In this document: positions 62,109 to 64,000 of the stretch, piece by piece
How the letters are laid out: each line of letters starts with the position of its first letter
Position numbering within the stretch: position 1 is the first letter of the stretch
NCBI RefSeq assembly: GCF_051105105.1
Contig: NZ_CP185339.1
Reading direction: 5' to 3' (one strand)
Source of the DNA: Nannocystis pusilla
Lineage (GTDB): Bacteria > Myxococcota_A > Polyangia > Nannocystales > Nannocystaceae
DNA: 64,000 bases
Made by a program: the position numbers and the translations under genes
The notes under the pieces: model-generated
Told to the model about the DNA's origin: nothing
Seen by the model: the letters and a program-made list of their open reading frames with translations, nothing else
Database searches by the model: none

Positions 62109-63677
62109 ATGCAGGTCGCCGTGGCCGGAGCGAGCGGGTTCATCGGACAGGCGACCGTCCACGCGCTGCTGCAGGCCGGTCACGCGGTGGTCGGGCTGTC
62201 GCGGGGCCGTCGCGGCCGCATCGATCGGCCGGGGCTGGTGTGGCGAGAGGTGGACGTGAGCCGCGGGGGGCCCGAGCTGGTGGCCGCATTGGCGGGCTGC
62301 GAGGCGGTGGTCAACCTGGTGGGGATCAAGCGGCCCGAGCCGGGGCAGTCGTTCGACTCGGCCCACGTGGCGACGGTGGCGGCGCTGACGACCGCGATGC
62401 AGGCGGCGGCGATCCGGCGGCTCGTCCACGTCAGCGTGGCCGGGCCGCGAGCGGAGCCGCCGCGGCCGACGCAGTACATGACGACCAAGCGAGAGGCTGA
62501 ACGTTCGGTCATGTCCTCCGAGACAGACTGGACGATCCTCCGCCCCGGTCCGGTGGCCGGGCCGGGCGACGACTTCGTGCGCAACCTGGCGGCGACGCTG
62601 CGCCACGCGGGGGTGTTCCCGGCCCCGGACGGCGGCCACGCGCCGCTGCAGCCGGTGCTGGTCGAGGACGTGGCGCTGGCGATCGCGGCGGCGCTGGCGC
62701 GACCGGCGGCGATCGGGCGCTGCTACGACGTGGTCGGACCGGAGGTGCTGACGCTGCGCGAGGTGGTGACGCGGGTGGCCGACGCGCTGGGGCTGCCGGT
62801 GACGCTGGTGCCCTGCCCCGCCCCGCTGCTGGCGGTCGCGGTCGCGGGGCTCGAGAAGCTGCCCGACCCGCTGCTGACGCGGGCGCAGCTCGGGCTGCTC
62901 AGCCACGGGCTGATCGGCGATCCGGGGCCAGCGGCGGCGGAGCTCGGGCTGGTGACGCAGCCGCTGACCGCGGCCAAGATCGTGGCGCTGTCGGCCGGGG
63001 TCGAGCCGTGGCTGGGGCTGTCGCTGCGGCTGCGACGTGGCGACGAGGACATGTTCTTCAAGACATGTTCAAAGGGCGCGATCCACGTGGCCTGGCTGGT
63101 GCCGCTGGCGGTGGCGCTGATCTGGGCGCTCGGCTCGGTGACGCCGCACGTGTGGTGGCGGATGCTGGCGGCCAACCTGGTGCTGGTGCCGCTGTGCCTG
63201 CTGACGGTGCGTCTGCCGTGGCTGGAGCTGTGGCGCCCGAGCCTGCGCGGGCTGGTCCAGGGGGTGATGGCGACGGCGGTGCTGGTCGCGGCCGGCTGGC
63301 TCGGCAGCCAGGTGCTGTTCGCGGTGACGCCGGAGGCGCGGGCCGAGGTTGCGGCGGTGTACGGCTGGGTCCACCTGCTGCCGGCCGGGCTCGCGGTGGT
63401 GCTGCTGCCGCCGATCGCGGCGGCGGAAGAGGTGGTGTGGCGCGGGGCGGTGGCGTTCGCGGTGGCGTCGCGCGCGGGGCCGTGGTGGGGCGCAGCGACG
63501 GCGGCCGCCGCCTTCGCGGTGGCGCACGTGAGCCTCGGGGTGCCCGCATTGGTGGTGGCGGCCGCCGGCGCGGGGTTCTTCTGGGCCTGGCTCGGCCTCA
63601 AGACCCGCAGCCTGTTCGTGGTGCTGGTGTGCCACGTGCTGTGGGACGCGTGCGTGGCGGTGCTGCGGCTGTACTGA
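62109..63677 (+). CDS. fusion protein: NAD(P)-binding NmrA/epimerase-like domain plus a C-terminal CPBP (CAAX protease / Abi) intramembrane metalloprotease domain; could be two genes read through
   Basis: VAGASGFIGQATVHALL (Rossmann fold) and, downstream, EEVVWRG...FAVAHV.. (CPBP motifs). The linker ...RGDEDMFFKTCSKG... (63040-63075) is encoded by two copies of the GGACATG motif and contains an in-frame ATG at 63051. Confidence 0.55.
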   Translation: MQVAVAGASGFIGQATVHALLQAGHAVVGLSRGRRGRIDRPGLVWREVDVSRGGPELVAALAGCEAVVNLVGIKRPEPGQSFDSAHVATVAALTTAMQAAAIRRLVHVSVAGPRAEPPRPTQYMTTKREAERSVMSSETDWTILRPGPVAGPGDDFVRNLAATLRHAGVFPAPDGGHAPLQPVLVEDVALAIAAALARPAAIGRCYDVVGPEVLTLREVVTRVADALGLPVTLVPCPAPLLAVAVAGLEKLPDPLLTRAQLGLLSHGLIGDPGPAAAELGLVTQPLTAAKIVALSAGVEPWLGLSLRLRRGDEDMFFKTCSKGAIHVAWLVPLAVALIWALGSVTPHVWWRMLAANLVLVPLCLLTVRLPWLELWRPSLRGLVQGVMATAVLVAAGWLGSQVLFAVTPEARAEVAAVYGWVHLLPAGLAVVLLPPIAAAEEVVWRGAVAFAVASRAGPWWGAATAAAAFAVAHVSLGVPALVVAAAGAGFFWAWLGLKTRSLFVVLVCHVLWDACVAVLRLY

Positions 63678-63812
63678 TCAGGCGTTCTCCGGGACATGTC
63701 CGCAGGGACACTCTCGGGCATGGGTTCGCCACCTGTCTTTTCAGTCATGCGGGGGAGCGCCCGGCCGCGCTTGCGGACGCGACCCGCGCGCTGCTATCGA
63801 GGTCGCACCCCC

Positions 63813-64000
63813 ATGCGCTGGACTGCGTTTCCCTCGGCCCCGATCACCCACCTCCCCCCGGCCCCGCGCGCGCCGTCGCTGCGGATCTTCGCCGGCAAGC
63901 CGCACGCGCTGGCGTTCCTCGCCGACGGCTCGCTGGTGGTCGGCGGCAGCCACGGGATCACGCTGCACGATCCGGCCGCACCGTCGCCGCCGGGCGCCCG
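63813..64000 (+). CDS. hypothetical protein, 5' fragment (beta-propeller-like GSLVVGGSHGITL motif)
   Basis: An open frame from the ATG at 63813 to the window edge. It is not in the ORF track because no stop codon is reached. Confidence 0.3.
   Translation, partial: MRWTAFPSAPITHLPPAPRAPSLRIFAGKPHALAFLADGSLVVGGSHGITLHDPAAPSPPGA

Overview
This is a very GC-rich window (around 70% or more by eye) that reads like a myxobacterial (Myxococcota) chromosome segment: there is a MYXO-CTERM sorting tail, many lipoproteins, sigma-54 enhancer-binding regulators and a complete gspC-to-gspN type II secretion cluster. About 48 genes are recognisable. Left to right they are: a FAS/PKS-like lipid module (acyltransferase, hotdog dehydratase, ketosynthase, start of an SDR reductase) next to a serine-palmitoyltransferase-like alpha-oxoamine synthase and a divergent NAD-dependent epimerase; UDP-glucose pyrophosphorylase; pgi; a MATE transporter; a DUF1963 protein; meaB; prmA; rsmE; an RDD protein; a roughly 1750-aa MshEN/HEAT multidomain protein; a 12-gene T2SS cluster on the minus strand flanked by two NtrC-type regulators; a DPPY-motif DNA methyltransferase; an acyl-CoA dehydrogenase; a 2OG-Fe oxygenase; several lipoproteins and hydrolases; a PHA cluster (phaR, acyl-CoA ligase, phaE-like, phaC); and an epimerase-CPBP protease fusion. 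There are no rRNA, tRNA, CRISPR or transposase genes.

Three things stand out beyond ordinary annotation. First, an identical heptamer GACGTTC, always in plus-strand orientation, sits exactly where eight different genes lose their reading frame, with a ninth copy in an intergenic region; deleting it restores textbook protein motifs every time. Second, there are at least five further single-base +1 frameshifts. Third, a dispersed palindromic motif family built on the half-site GGACA/TGTCC (GGACATGYCC, CTGTCC-N4-GGACAG, TGTCCGAACGGACA) is heavily over-represented. It occurs as 4-6-copy tandem arrays of about 14 bp in at least four intergenic regions, in promoter-proximal positions, and repeated in-frame inside the giant MshEN/HEAT gene. 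All protein calls rest on motif recognition from the supplied translations; no database searches were run.
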